A program made the translations under genes and the position numbers. A stretch of DNA of 64,000 nt from Tubiluchus corallicola (taxonomy: Eukaryota > Animalia > Priapulida), in the NCBI GenBank assembly GCA_030141605.1, contig JAQGDQ010000001.1:2108001-2172000 (forward strand), in the 5' to 3' direction. Shown here one piece after another: positions 26,745 through 39,339 of this stretch. The notes under the pieces were generated by a model that worked only from the letters and a program-made list of their open reading frames with translations, had not been told where the DNA came from and ran no database searches. The first letter of the stretch is position 1. The number at the start of each line of letters is the position of its first letter.

Positions 26745-27472
26745 ATATATATATAAGATACGAGGCTACAGCTCCGACGACGGCACCATTTGCGGCGATC
26801 TATATGTCAAACGAAGGGTCTCGATCTAGTGTCGTGCCATTGGGGGTTTAATTTTCGAATTGGGTCCTCCTCGAGAAACGGTGAGAAAAAAAACTACAAA
26901 AATGGCCATTTTTCAGCCGTTTTTTTCCAAAATTATACATCTGAGATCTGAAGAACGGGAACGGGCCGAGGGTGGTGCTGGCTATGGATAGATGACCCGT
27001 TCAGTGGTGGGTGTAATAGGCGTATTTAGAATTTGCGAGAGGGCCACGGCGTCCCGTAACGGACGTTTTCCCGGACCCAACCTCCGATTTTTTCGAAATT
27101 TTGACCAAACAGCATGCGGAAAAAACGTTCTAGCTGCGCCTGGTGGGACTCTCGAAAAGAGATATATAGCTCTTTAGAAAGAGGAAGCACAGGGCTACAC
27201 GAAGATGTGGGCTACATTGTAGGACACGTCCACCAAAAGGAATGCCGACGAGTTAATTACAAGTTCTATTTTTGGCAATTTTCGCTTGGAAAACTGCTGA
27301 CGCAAAGCCATTGTTCTGACGTCATCCATTATACTCTGCCTATAACTTTTATTCAGTAAAAGCTGCTGCTGCTGGCTTTGCGTTATAACTTATAAGTGAG
27401 GACTATGTAGGATGTTCGCGTATTATTGATTATAAGTGTATTTATACGCAATTTTTGCGGGGCCTTTGCTAG
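26745..27472 (+). mobile_element. Non-autonomous Helitron-like element directly upstream of CatSper-beta
   Basis: Begins with (TA)n-AG; ends with hairpin CGCAA-TTT-TTGCG about 10 nt before CTAG|T; GC-rich relative to flanks; carries the AAACGAAGGGTCTCGAT motif shared with the element at 777-1629. 5' end uncertain. Confidence 0.7.
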
Positions 27473-27704
27473 TATAACATAATAATTCTGCTGTTATATA
27501 TTTACGTAACATAGATTTATACGATGGGTTGTTATTGATATAATAAAACAAAAATAAATTTTTTAACTCAAAATTTCGACTTTATAACTAAAAATGTCAG
27601 GTTTGTAACTTGAAGTTTCGATTTAACAACCGCCACGAGAGACTGTAACTGTTGTACGTGAAAGTCGTGGGGGCATGTTAGTTATTGAAGTATTACTGTA
27701 TTGA

Positions 27705-29523
27705 TACGTGCGAATGAAGGAAAGTTTGGTACTGACAAAATATGGCACTAGGAATTTTTAGTACGTGCTAATTCTGATACAGGTATATTCAGGGCCTATT
27801 TCAACGGGGGGAAGTGGGGATACTTCCCCGGGGCCTCACCCTCCAGGGGGGCCTCGCACCAAGGTAACATTTTTTGCTTTATGCGAACATACTGCCTCCT
27901 CTCTCCCTCTCTCTCTCTTGCTGCACGCGCGCCGTTTGCCAGTATTGACAAGTATTAAGGACTGGTCCTGAGAATAAAGCAGTGTGTCTTTCAATTGTTC
28001 TTTTCTTTAACAACTGTATAACTCCATATTTTCTCTTCGAAAATGCTTCTCCGGCGTTCCAGCAGTTCAAAAATTTTCTGGGCGCCAACCACGGTAGCCC
28101 CCGCCCCCGGCACTTGACCCCCTCCCCTGATGGGGCGTCACACGCCCCACTTCCCCGGGCCTCGCCTAAGCTGAAATAGGCCCTGGGTATATTCGGTACT
28201 ATGACCTTCAGGTACAAGGAATTTTTGGTACTAGGAAAATCTGGTATGGGGAATGTTTGGTATGGGGAATGGGGAATGGGGAAGAAAATATGGTACCACG
28301 ATTGTTTAGTACCAAGAAATATTGGAACAAGGAACTTTTGGCAATAGGGAAATATGGTACGAAGTAAACTTCGCACTAGGAAAGTTTGGTACTGGAAAAT
28401 TTGGTACTGAACAGCATTTCTATATATCAGTGTAAAATAAATCTTTCTACTGGAAAATAGGAAAGTTTTCCTGTAGGGAAGTTTATCCAGAAGGGGGGAA
28501 ATTCGGTACCAACAAGTCAAGAACTGCTAACTAACATTTGCGTTTTACAAAGTTTTGCCAAATTTCAAAAAATAATGAGTATTATTTATTCCCACTAGCC
28601 AAGTCCTGCAAAAGCATTTTGCATAAAATCGGAACTAAATTTAAATCATTGCAATTATCGATAGTACCGCAAATGTGCAGGTTGTGTCGTGCCAGCAGTA
28701 ACCATACACGCAGTAGTAATCACTGTCACTCTCGCTGCTACTACAATTGTCATAATCATTGTCACGGTCAACAACATTATCTGTGCCATCTTTGCCATAA
28801 TCATCACTGTTATCATCGCCATTATTATTACCATCATCACCATTGTCATTCGTCATCATCATCATCAACGTTAATGTCATCACTACCATTGCAGTCACCA
28901 TCAGCCATCTCTGTGTATTGGGTTCGTCAGCAGCAGCAACAACAGTAACAGTGGTGATGGCGTTGATGATTATGATGTTGGTACCCACCACTATGACTAC
29001 CAACCACTGTCACCGCCTCAACTGCCAACAATAACATCATCAGTAACAACAAGAATGGCAACGGTAACAACAACAACAACATCAACAATGGCAACAGTGG
29101 CTATAACAACCGCAATAGCGGTAACAGTAACAGCAACAGCAACAAAACAGCAAAATTAACAATGGCAACAGCAATAATAATGACTAACAAACAAAAACAA
29201 TTGCAACAATATGAACCTCTATAACTTGTTCAAGTAGTTTATATAAAAGATAATTTCATAGTACAAATCGTTGTCTGCATCAAATTTACTTAATAGTACT
29301 TTTCAGTACAAACGTTCCTAGTTGTACCACACTTGCTCCGTACCACTTTTACCTTGTACTATATTTACTTATACACCAATAATGCTTAACAAAACTTCGC
29401 CAGTACTGTATTTACTAGGACTATAATTTTTCTGTCCCAAGTACCAAAATTTCCGCGTACCAAAATTTCCAGGACCAAATTTACCTGTACCAAACTGATT
29501 AGTACCAATCTTATCGCGCACCC
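27705..29523. mobile_element. Foldback-type non-autonomous element with inverted arrays of ~15-bp GGTAC units, interrupted by the hAT MITE
   Basis: Left arm has repeated TTTGGTAC..GGAAA units (27720-28520); right arm has the inverse GTACCAAA units (29260-29510); centre is degenerate CAT/CAA repeat. Ends approximate; no TSD identified. Confidence 0.7.
27790..28185. mobile_element. GC-rich hAT-family MITE
   Basis: Perfect 14-bp TIRs CAGGGCCTATTTCA / TGAAATAGGCCCTG; 8-bp TSD GGTATATT at 27782-27789 and 28186-28193. Confidence 0.93.
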
Positions 29524-29999
29524 TTTTGTACGCCATGTTGATTACTGTGCCTGGTGAGTGGAGCTCGACACTCTCAAACCCTGGACAGTGTCGCGCTCTT
29601 GGTTTGGAACATTAAGCGTTGGCACTGCACCGGCTGTTGTAGATTTGCCGGTGAGAATCACCATGAATTCGGGCGATAGCATCACTGCAAAGTACAAAAA
29701 AACTGTGATTACAATTAAATTTACAACCATTACTGTCTTACAGTGGTATCCCCATATATGTTATAGCATAATTGCTTCAATAATATAGTTAAAGGGTCAG
29801 AATGTCTTTAAGCTTCTTTAAACTATATATTTTATAAAAGAATAAACATAAGCAGCTACCTACACAAGCAGTTGATGTATGAGCAGCAGGTGTGAATAGG
29901 TCATCCGCCTTCCAAATTGAGTTACGAAACGTGATATTCCTACGTGTTCCTACAGCCCTACACCACTGGCACTACTCCAACGAGTTATTGCATAATCGG

Positions 30000-30199
30000 T
30001 TAGAATGTTACTACTTTATGGGTTTTTGTGGTGTTACAATATGCGTTAAACTTTGAGTTATTAGATTTCGCGTTGTGAGTATCTTACATTGTGCATTAGT
30101 TTTTTATTACATTATCGGTCAGTTATAACATTGTGCATGCGTTGATTTTTATTACGTTATGCGTTAAATTTTTTCCTGATTACATTATCAGTTGTAACA
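30000..30199. repeat. Array of ~20-bp TTACATT..GCGTT units ending in TGTAACA; probable single end of a DNA transposon
   Basis: Units seen directly; no partner end found in the window. Confidence 0.5.
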
Positions 30200-31254
30200 A
30201 GGGTAAAAAAGAAAAAAGATGCCAAAATCGACATTTTTATCACCCTTTTTGCGAAAGAGTGTGAGAAAATACAAACACACTAGAATCAAGCCTGAAGCAG
30301 TTGAACAGTCCACTCGATTGTGCAGTATGCCTATATACTTGAACTTCGTGAAACGTCTACGGCATCCTGCAGTCAGCACAAATACGGCTACTCGGTTTTG
30401 TGAAATTTTACATAAACAACGTTTAAACAAAAGGTTTTTGCGACTATTTGGAATCCAAAAAATAGAAATATAATAAACGAAAAAAGGAGGTACAGCGAAA
30501 ATTCATTTTTCAAAAAGCCTGGGACACACGTATGTAATTCGGCTTGAATTTGGTGATTTCCCGCTCAAAAATCACAAAAGGTCTATAGAGGGCCTAACCC
30601 GATGTTGTTGCAGGCTTGCAGCATTCACTATGTCTGATAAGCAAAACACCGCAAGAAATATTCGCGTCGCGTAAAATCGCTATTGAGTATTATAGTTTTT
30701 GTCATGTTACAGTTTGCACAGTTTTGACTTTGCACAAAGTGTTCTTACAGCTAATTAACACTATCATTTACAGAGTCCAAGAGTATTATTAAAGTGGAAC
30801 CTGGATTAGTTTTTTTTAACTCCAGGCGAACATCTCTGGAATTCTTCTTAAATTGTGTACTAACAATCCCTACTCCCAAGGCATCCTACACAAACTGTCG
30901 CTCCCGTCTCTCCTCAAATGGCGATTTTAGGCGTTGCTGTAACATGTGCATTTGTTTCAAATAGCTTCAAAAGCGCTTTTATCACACTGGTTTTACTTAA
31001 ATTAATGATATCAGTAGGTTATTCATCAACCTCTTGCTGCGGCAGAAAATATCAATTATTTACGTTGCATAATGATAATAATACCTAATAGCCTGGTCAG
31101 GTATTGGTGCACTTATGCTTGGAAATTTAAATTGCAGAAAAATTGATAGATTTACTATTAGCAATCATCACGCACAGTAGAGATAACGTTATTGTTATTG
31201 TTCAAATTTATTATCAAATTTCTATGAACATATATGTCTATACAAATAAATGAT

Positions 31255-31310
31255 TTATCATCATCACCATCATGATCATCATCACCATCATCATCATCAT
31301 CACCATCATC
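31255..31310. repeat. (CAT)n imperfect microsatellite
   Basis: Seen directly. Confidence 0.9.
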
Positions 31311-31933
31311 ACTTTCTTTTTATTTCGTCAGCCTCATAATCATTTCTGCATAAAGGATATACTTGCATTAGTTTGCTTGCATATTTTTATGCATAATTGC
31401 TTAAAAATGGGATAAATGTACAAAATACGCGGCTATTGACCTTTCTGATCTTTCTTTCTTCTCGCCTACTTGATGCTGTTTGAGAGAAAGTTCTTGGTTG
31501 AATAACTGACTGATATGTACAACCATAAACTCTGGCATAATTCAATAAATTAAAACCAGACCACCAGAAACAATTTAAAATAAATGACCTATTCTAACTA
31601 AGCACTTTCTTTTATCATACATTTTTTTCGCGTTACATGAGGAATTTAATGCTACAACAGTGGCTCAGAATTGCAGAATAATACACCAATAGGCCATCAT
31701 CAACTGTCAACAGCGATGATGACGACAACCAACGTACAAGCGTAACGACGCCAGTGACAGTAAGACTTACGCTGTGTCTTAAACATTGATTTAAAAAGCT
31801 ATTTTTGCTAAAAACCAATGTATTATTGCATTTCATCAATGCGAAACGGTCACTGAACTACAACTGGCTACTGGTACGTCAAGAACCGGTGTGTGACTTA
31901 CTGCCTAGCACTCATCGTTGAAAGGATGATTAT

Positions 31934-32470
31934 TGCCGTTAAGCACGCGTGAATTCCTACCCGAATACAATCAGTCTCATATGCTTTAGCCTGTTCTTCA
32001 TTACGGTGTTAGTATTCGCAAAACGTCATAAAACTATCTCATAGCAAAATACTTTGAACTAATATGTTACAACATTGTGAGCGTGATTTTTGTAAACAAT
32101 CATAGGCGCGCTGTGGACATTTTTGCCTGTAATTATTTCTATTCATTTTCGTTGTTGCTGTTTTAACAAAGTGGTGTAGTTATGACTAGTCTATAAATTG
32201 TTACCGTTACTGCCGTTAAGCACGTATGAATTCTACTCGAATACAATGCAATTTCAGCCTCACATACTTTAACCTGTTCTTCATTACGGTGTTAGTATTG
32301 GCAAAACGTCATAAAACTCTTCGCGAAATTCTTTGAACTAATATGTTGCAACATTGCAAGCATGATTTTGGTAAACAATCATAGGTGCACTGTGGACATT
32401 TTTGCCTGTAATTATTTCTATTCATTTTCGTTTTTGCTGTTTTAACGAAGTGGTGTAGTTATGACTAGTC
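31934..32470 (+). repeat. Tandem duplication of ~260 bp ending 6 nt before the sulfotransferase ATG
   Basis: Copy 1 at 31934-32191 and copy 2 at 32211-32470, both TGCCGTTAAGCACG...GTGGTGTAGTTATGACTAGTC, with scattered differences. Confidence 0.92.
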
Positions 32471-32476
32471 AGCATA

Positions 32477-33454
32477 ATGTGGTGCTTTCAAAAAACCAAA
32501 TTGGTTCTGATGGTGTTCTCGGCAATATTGCTAATTGGCATTCATTCTGTGAGAAAAATAGCAGAAAGACCAATACCGACCCAGCAGGATGATCTACAAG
32601 GTAATGCCCAGTTTCTGCATCCCCCTCTAGAAGATGATAGTGTACAAGAAAAATGTCCACGAGGACAATCAAAGCGATTGCCTGGTTGCATCATAATCGG
32701 ATTTCCAAAATGTGGGACGTATGCTTTACTGAGAATGCTCCAACTTCATCCTGACTTGAAATCTCGAAAGTACTATCCTTTCGAGGTAAATTTCTTTGAC
32801 AAATTTTACAGCAGGGGGTTGACGTGGTACCGCCACATGATGCCGTGTTCTCTTCCAGGTCAAATTACTATTGAAAAAAGTCCGGGTTACGTGTATGACA
32901 CTCTAAGCAGTACTCGAATAAAAGCCATGAACGAATCAATTAAGCTAATCGTCATAGTTAGAGATCCTATCGAAAGAACTGTATCAAGTTTCATGCAGGA
33001 TAAAAGTGTTGGAAGAGTAGATCAACGTACAGAATTTGAGCAGCTTGTCTATGATGCCCAAACAGAAAAGATTAATTCATCGTTATCTATGATACAAACC
33101 TCTCTCTATCACAAATACATGAAAATCTGGTATTCAACATTTGAAAAAACTCAGATACATATTGTAAATGGAGATGCATTGATAACTGATCCCTTGATAG
33201 AACTCCGAAAGATCGAAACGTTTCTAGGCGTTGGATATAAAATTTTATCAGATGCACTAGTATACAATGAAGCAAAAGGTTTTTATTGTTTTAAGAAATC
33301 AAGCACTAACAAAGAAAGACATCTTTGTATGGGCGAAGCGAAAGGCAGGCCTCATCCGAGAATTAATAAAACAGTTAAAACGAAATTAAAACAGTACTTT
33401 TCAGAGCACAAGAGTAAATTCTTCCAGTTAACGGGCAAAGAATTTAACTGGTAA
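32477..33454 (+). CDS. Heparan sulfate glucosamine 3-O-sulfotransferase-like (HS3ST1/5 family), type II membrane protein, intronless
   Basis: 325 aa with an N-terminal TM anchor. Contains RLP.CIIIG..KCGT (5'-PSB), EVNFFD, Y.RGL.WY...MP.S...QITIEKSPGY, KLIVIVRDPIER.VS (3'-PB), KGFYC and C-terminal C.G..KGRPHP. Confidence 0.9.
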   Translation: MWCFQKTKLVLMVFSAILLIGIHSVRKIAERPIPTQQDDLQGNAQFLHPPLEDDSVQEKCPRGQSKRLPGCIIIGFPKCGTYALLRMLQLHPDLKSRKYYPFEVNFFDKFYSRGLTWYRHMMPCSLPGQITIEKSPGYVYDTLSSTRIKAMNESIKLIVIVRDPIERTVSSFMQDKSVGRVDQRTEFEQLVYDAQTEKINSSLSMIQTSLYHKYMKIWYSTFEKTQIHIVNGDALITDPLIELRKIETFLGVGYKILSDALVYNEAKGFYCFKKSSTNKERHLCMGEAKGRPHPRINKTVKTKLKQYFSEHKSKFFQLTGKEFNW

Positions 33455-34460
33455 CTGTATATTGTGTTCCTTGCTACGGTACGTTCAGAATTCAGAAAGT
33501 ACCGGAGGTACAATACAGTTATAATCAAGCATGATGCCGTGATAAGGTTTATCGTTTACGTTATTTAGTTATATATTACTTATCTACGTACTAATAACTT
33601 CCACTGTCTGAAGAATTAGTAATTATTATGAAAGGTTTCAACTTAACAACGGTGGCTAATTTATTGTCACCCGCCAAAGCCCACCAAAGCCAGCCCTCGT
33701 GGACACACTGATTGAGTTATGACTTTTCCTTCAGTTTACACAGAATTTAGAGACAAAGTTTCAAAGCACTACAAAATACAGAGACATAATAATAATAACG
33801 AAACTAAGCCAGCTAGTCTTGCTTTACAATCAATGAGCAACAAAAATATTAAGTCTTTCTTGCTTTTAAACATACGAACTTCAAGCCTGCGATATATTTT
33901 TTTATATTAATTAATCATGTGTTCGTCTGCAATATTAAGTTTTTCTATTTTTCGTTTGCGAGGCTACGGAAATGGAATAAATTTGACTGTTCCATTCCAT
34001 AGACGACCCTTATATTGAATGCCCGAGTCACATAAATCTCAATGGTATCTTTTAATCTTGATTATAACCAGAAAAATAGCGTCAAATTAGCTAATATTAC
34101 ATTGATGTATAATATAAGTTTTGACCACATTTGAATTAATTTTGACTGTGATGATCTCATTGAGCTTTATAAAAACTGGCCAGAAAAGAAAACATTTTGT
34201 TCTGTCTTTATTTAAAGTTAATAAAATAGTTGTTTTTATCTAACTTGCAAAGCCATAAACTAAACTGCGTATTTTCTTGAATGATAGACGTAAGCGTTGT
34301 GTATTTCTTCCTATAAACGGAACTAGACTATATATTTTCACCAATCCACTTGCAATTTCAATTGGCAATAATAAAATGTAGAACCAGGCTAATATTTCTC
34401 CCGCTAACTAATGAAAAGTTGAGCATTTTTCATAACAGTGTTAGACGGAACTGTAGCTAC

Positions 34461-35735
34461 GCAGGAAAACTTTTTGGCAGAAAAATCACGACTACGTTTT
34501 TGACTGCTAGACCTGCAATTTTACTATGAAAACTCCTTCGATTTCTCTTTCTCTGTTGCTCCTCCCTCCCTTCGTTCACCCTCTTATCCTCTTCACCTTG
34601 CTCCTTCCCTGTGTCTCTCTCGCTCTCTTTTCATCATCTACTCTCTCATGCTCTGCTTCTCCTCCTCTAGTTCTCTCTTCCTCATTCTCTCTCCTTCACT
34701 TTCTTTCCATCTCACCTCCTCTCTTTCTTCCTTCTGTTCTTTCTCTCCATCGTCCCCTCTCTCTTCCGCACTCTATACCTTTCGTTCTTTCTCTTTTTGA
34801 TGTCCTTTGGTTATCTACCGCGCTTTGACTAGTGACTATCGAAAATCAGAATCATTTAAAACGAAGCGATATTTAAGGTGAAAACCTTGACTTTTTAATT
34901 TAGTTTTGAAACTTCGTTGCTACAATGTAAAGTTGTTTTAGGATTAAATTGCTTTCTGAAAGTAAATCACATTGTATCATATAATCATTTTAAATTCAAT
35001 TGATTTTCATAGGATGTGAAATATGTTTTAATAAATAATAATTATAAAAAATGAAAATACCATGGCTTTGCGAACCACATAGATTTGTTAACATTTGCCC
35101 AATAAACTGCGCTCTTTCGGAAGACTTTTTACAGGTTATTTTATGGCAGCACCGGATCCTAGTTCATTATCATCTAAGATGAAACACTAAACTGACAAAG
35201 ATGTCACAGTCACATTCGGATGGACGTGCATCTCTAAACACCAAGAAATAAACGAAATAATTCAGAATCACAGTAAAAGTAACTGCATGTCCAAGAGTGA
35301 CACTCGCAATTAAGTAAGCAGTCTCTCAACAAATCAATTGTCAGGCTTGGCATTGCTTAACTTTGGTAGCGAATGACTATGATTACTGGCTATTGCATAG
35401 AAGCAAAGATCACCATGATTCACTACCTGATCGTTCTGACATTACAAATCTATTTTCTTGTTTTAAGTTTTTGTAACAAATTGACCATTTTCTTATTATT
35501 TGATCTCTATTAATCGATACACATAGTTAAAATACTTTTTCTTGTGCATTATCTAAAAAGATTTATTACATTGTCTGTGAATTTTATTTTCCATGAAACC
35601 ACAGTTCTGGGAAAAACTCTTCTGGGAAATGGCAATTCACGAAAAAAAATTTCTGAGAAGTAAATTTTTCTGACAAAAAAGTTTAATCACGGTTTTTTTG
35701 CCAGGCAAAAAATATTCAGGCAAAAAACTTTTCTA
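34461..35735 (+). mobile_element. Internally deleted relative of the MULE at 58340-61438
   Basis: Shares left-end sequence (TTTT.GCAGAAAAATCA.GA, pyrimidine-rich tract, GCT..TTGA.TA.TG.CTATC) and right-end sequence (TCTGGGAAATGGCAATTC, TTTTCCATGAA) in the same order. Confidence 0.7.
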
Positions 35736-38700
35736 ATTAAGCATTAACTAGCATTAACTAATAATTACACTCACTGAACTGCATGAGCCCGACACACACC
35801 CAGGAACCGGTACGTTGTATCTAACAAACTCAGCCTAATTCAATGTTGTCAAAAATCAGGAAGTACATGTATTGTGACTGCTTGTCGTTGGAATACACAA
35901 ATTATATTGAAAAGCACAAAAACGAAAACAACATTTACAATGTATTTTAGAGTAAAAAGGTAGCAATAGCGTAATTTTTAATAAAATAACAATGGGGTAA
36001 ATATCACTACGAAAATACTTTCAAAAATAAGGGCAACTTAACTCTCTTTTTTCAAACTACATGCTATGGTTATCAATACAATTATAGCGTACTTAATAAT
36101 AAATAAACCGAAAAAAATAGTATTTTTACAACTACGTACACAACACATTTTGAACTCAAGCTGAGAATTTGACTAGTCCGGTATCGAAAGACACAATATT
36201 TGGTTCAAAACAAAATAACTTACACAAATGGTATTTAAATGCTATAATCCTACCATCCAAAATTGCAAAAGCCCAAAAATTTGTCAATAAAACTGAGGAA
36301 AACCCTGAATATAATCTAGCACAACTCCAGCCAAATCTGGCCTGTTCTTCTTTCAGAACAATAACTAATCCCTCTCACGACTAAACCAAAATCATTGATT
36401 AAGCTACAACTATTGCAGTGCTCATTTGAAAATTAAAGGTACACAAATCATTTCAGAAGGGTATCAATTGAACAAGCAAGTAAAAATAAAGGTTTAATAT
36501 GTATAACATATCGGACAATTACCACTCTGATACTAAATTACTAAGCGGTACAAATTAACAATATTAGAAAATTTGTTTTATCAAATAAACAATTTAATAC
36601 TAGAATTTGTTTAACACAGCTACTTAAATGTCCATCCGTTTAATAATTCTCACAAATTACATGACAACAATTACTATATACCACAAAATAAATCAGTACG
36701 AAAAATTATGACAGTACATTGCAAACAGCTAATATTGGTCAAAAATGTGGTCATAAAAAGTGCCTAATATATGTAGCCAATAAACAATTTCATGGAGATT
36801 AATATACACTAATTCAAAGAAGAGAAGTACACATGTCAAAGAGGACGCATTCACTCAGTTTCACTCTGTATTTTTTTGTTCTGATAATTGTATAAATCAA
36901 CACAAGTTACAGCAAAAAAACTACATCACTAAGAAGAATAAAGAAATTCAAACCAGTGGAGCAATTCTTAAAATTCAAACTAAGAAAGATTGGTCTTTGA
37001 CTATTACTAATTTGTTACAAACTTGTTTTAATTAGTGCTGAACCTATATAATCACCTAGTTATTAAGAAAGAGGATAAACAAAAGCAATTGCACAATAGT
37101 AATCTTATATATGTCAATAGAAGTTTTTAAATTATCATGGCACTTCAGCTAACATGAATACAGCTCGAGATATCAAGAGTTTGCATGGTTTTAGAAAAAA
37201 ATGTTTTATGTTGCACATGTACAGTTGCCGTAACTAACTTTTTATTAATAATATGAAGTGCTTTTTGAGAAGTAGCAGATAACCAAAAATACTCTTAACC
37301 CTAGGGTTAGTGACTGGTTATTAAAATATAGATGACTACTTAAACAATGAGTAAGAATCTTATCAAAATACTTCTAAACTTATACTTCAGGTCATTAGAT
37401 TATACTTACTACATCTTTTTTATTAGACAATTTGAATTCCACTTTTAAAAGACTAGGGGTTCCTTATAGCTCGATGTTGTAGTCAAAACAGAAAATTTAT
37501 TTTTCATGCAAATACTTTGCTTATTATTTACATAAAACAAATAGTGCACTTATATCGAAAAATTTAGGAGAAATTTTGCATCTACAGTAATACAATATTA
37601 AGAAGAATCGTTAATTCAGAATAGGCTAGGAAATGAAAACAACTTTCATGAAATAGTAACATAAACCTTTTCGTAAAAATAACTATACAGTCTGGAATGT
37701 TTATACAAGTTACCATTATTTTGACTACAATATTTAAAAGACAAATGTGGCTAGCAAAAGGACAATGCATGTTTTTCAAACAGCTTTTATTTTTCCAGGA
37801 GATATCGCAAACACTTAATGAGGGACTACACATCACAGCGATATGCATCACAGTGGGAATTTAACTGAAAATTCTCAAGAAGCACAGGTTGCATGCAAAA
37901 TTTAGACTAAGATACTTCATTTCTAAAACACGGCTATAACAACTAGAACTCTTGTTATTAGTTAATGACGCAATTTTTTGCATTTCCATGCCAATTTAAC
38001 ATTAATGCTGTCTCTCTATACTGTCTCTCTATATACTGTCTCTCTATTATAAAAAAACTTAATTTATTTACTTCAAAGAGTTAATGTATCGATTGTCTTG
38101 TTTTTAGTGTCTTTCCTTTAGCTTTCATTCAAGCTTTAAAGAACTCTGCAGTGATTTATTTTAAAAGCCAAAAACATCATCTGTAACCAATAGGCCTACT
38201 CTCTGTTCTAGTATTGTCATAAATGGATATTTTCTAAATCGATTGAATTATGGCACTTCTACCTGATCACCTATTTGATCCAACCTGACACTGTACAGTC
38301 ACAATATGAAAAATAACAATGACTTTTCGCTCACTCAACAAAGTGTCCAATCAGGTACACTAGAAAAACAGCAAGTCATGTTTTTCGCTTAGCAGTTCAT
38401 GCTGCAATATGTAGTATAGATGAGAACTGATGAGTAGTAACATCAGTGTACAATGTCATTTTTAACTTCTTTATGCTAAACACTGTTTTGTCAGTGCAAG
38501 GTAAACAATTTAATCATAAATAAAAATAATAATGGAACAAAAAAGACTATCTTTCAGGTACATATCAGGAGTCTGATACATTGAAAATCTGCTACATAAT
38601 GTCATACATTGAACGACACTAGTGTATTCTTGTGTATATATATATACATACATATACTATATAGCAATTTCTTCCTACATCATTTTGATAATTTTCACAA

Positions 38701-38869
38701 CTCTGAAGACAGCTCCAACCTCATTGAAACACAAATTATCCTAAAACATACATATTTTGATTATATTACATGTAGGTGGTCGAGAGGATACACGAGAATA
38801 CACATGCACACCATTATCAGTTTTCAAGAAACTTTTTATTAACAATGAAAAGTAAATCTGGATCACATG

Positions 38870-39339
38870 TTATGTTAACCTTTTCGATTTCTGTGGTTTC
38901 TTTTGCCCAGATAAACTTGCCTCAACAAAATGGCTTGATGATGGGTCATGTGATGCAGATGGCTTCGATGATATATATCCGGGAGCACTTCCAAATGATG
39001 GTAATGGCTTTATTGTTACAAAACCAGGAGAGCATCCAACATCTTTGAATGACGCTGACGATTTTGACGACTTAAACGCAGGAGAACACTCGGCATCTCC
39101 AAAAGACATTGAGGACTTTGATGATATAAACCCAGGAGAACACCCAGTATTTCCAAATGCAGTTGCTTGTTTTGACGATAAATTGGGAGAACATCTAGCA
39201 CTTCCGAAAGTGGTTGCGGATTTTGCAAATTTGTAGCCCGAAGGGTACCCAACTGCATCGTAATCATCATCAGCTAGACCACATCGCAGATCTGCATGTG
39301 GATTTTCAAAAACCAGCTGAATGGGTTCAGCAGACTCTG
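38870..39339 (-). CDS. TMIE: TMIE-like terminal exon with ~18-aa tandem repeats
   Basis: ttcttgtcag acceptor in phase with the previous exon (G|CA = Ala); open to TAA at 38870; AATAAA on the - strand at 38835-38840. Confidence 0.7.

Noticed and set aside
27879-28520. 213-aa ORF
   Set aside because: It spans a MITE junction and a 15-bp repeat array, has no ATG start and no recognisable domain.
28538-29034. His/Cys-rich and Asp/Asn-rich overlapping ORFs
   Set aside because: They arise from degenerate trinucleotide repeats inside a foldback element and are open in several frames.
34526-34828. Hydrophobic Leu/Ser/Pro ORF
   Set aside because: It is a pyrimidine-rich low-complexity tract within a transposon remnant.
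39016-39270. Alternative-frame ORFs over the TMIE repeat exon
   Set aside because: They are by-products of the 54-nt repeat; only the frame ending at 38870 is in phase with the upstream exon.
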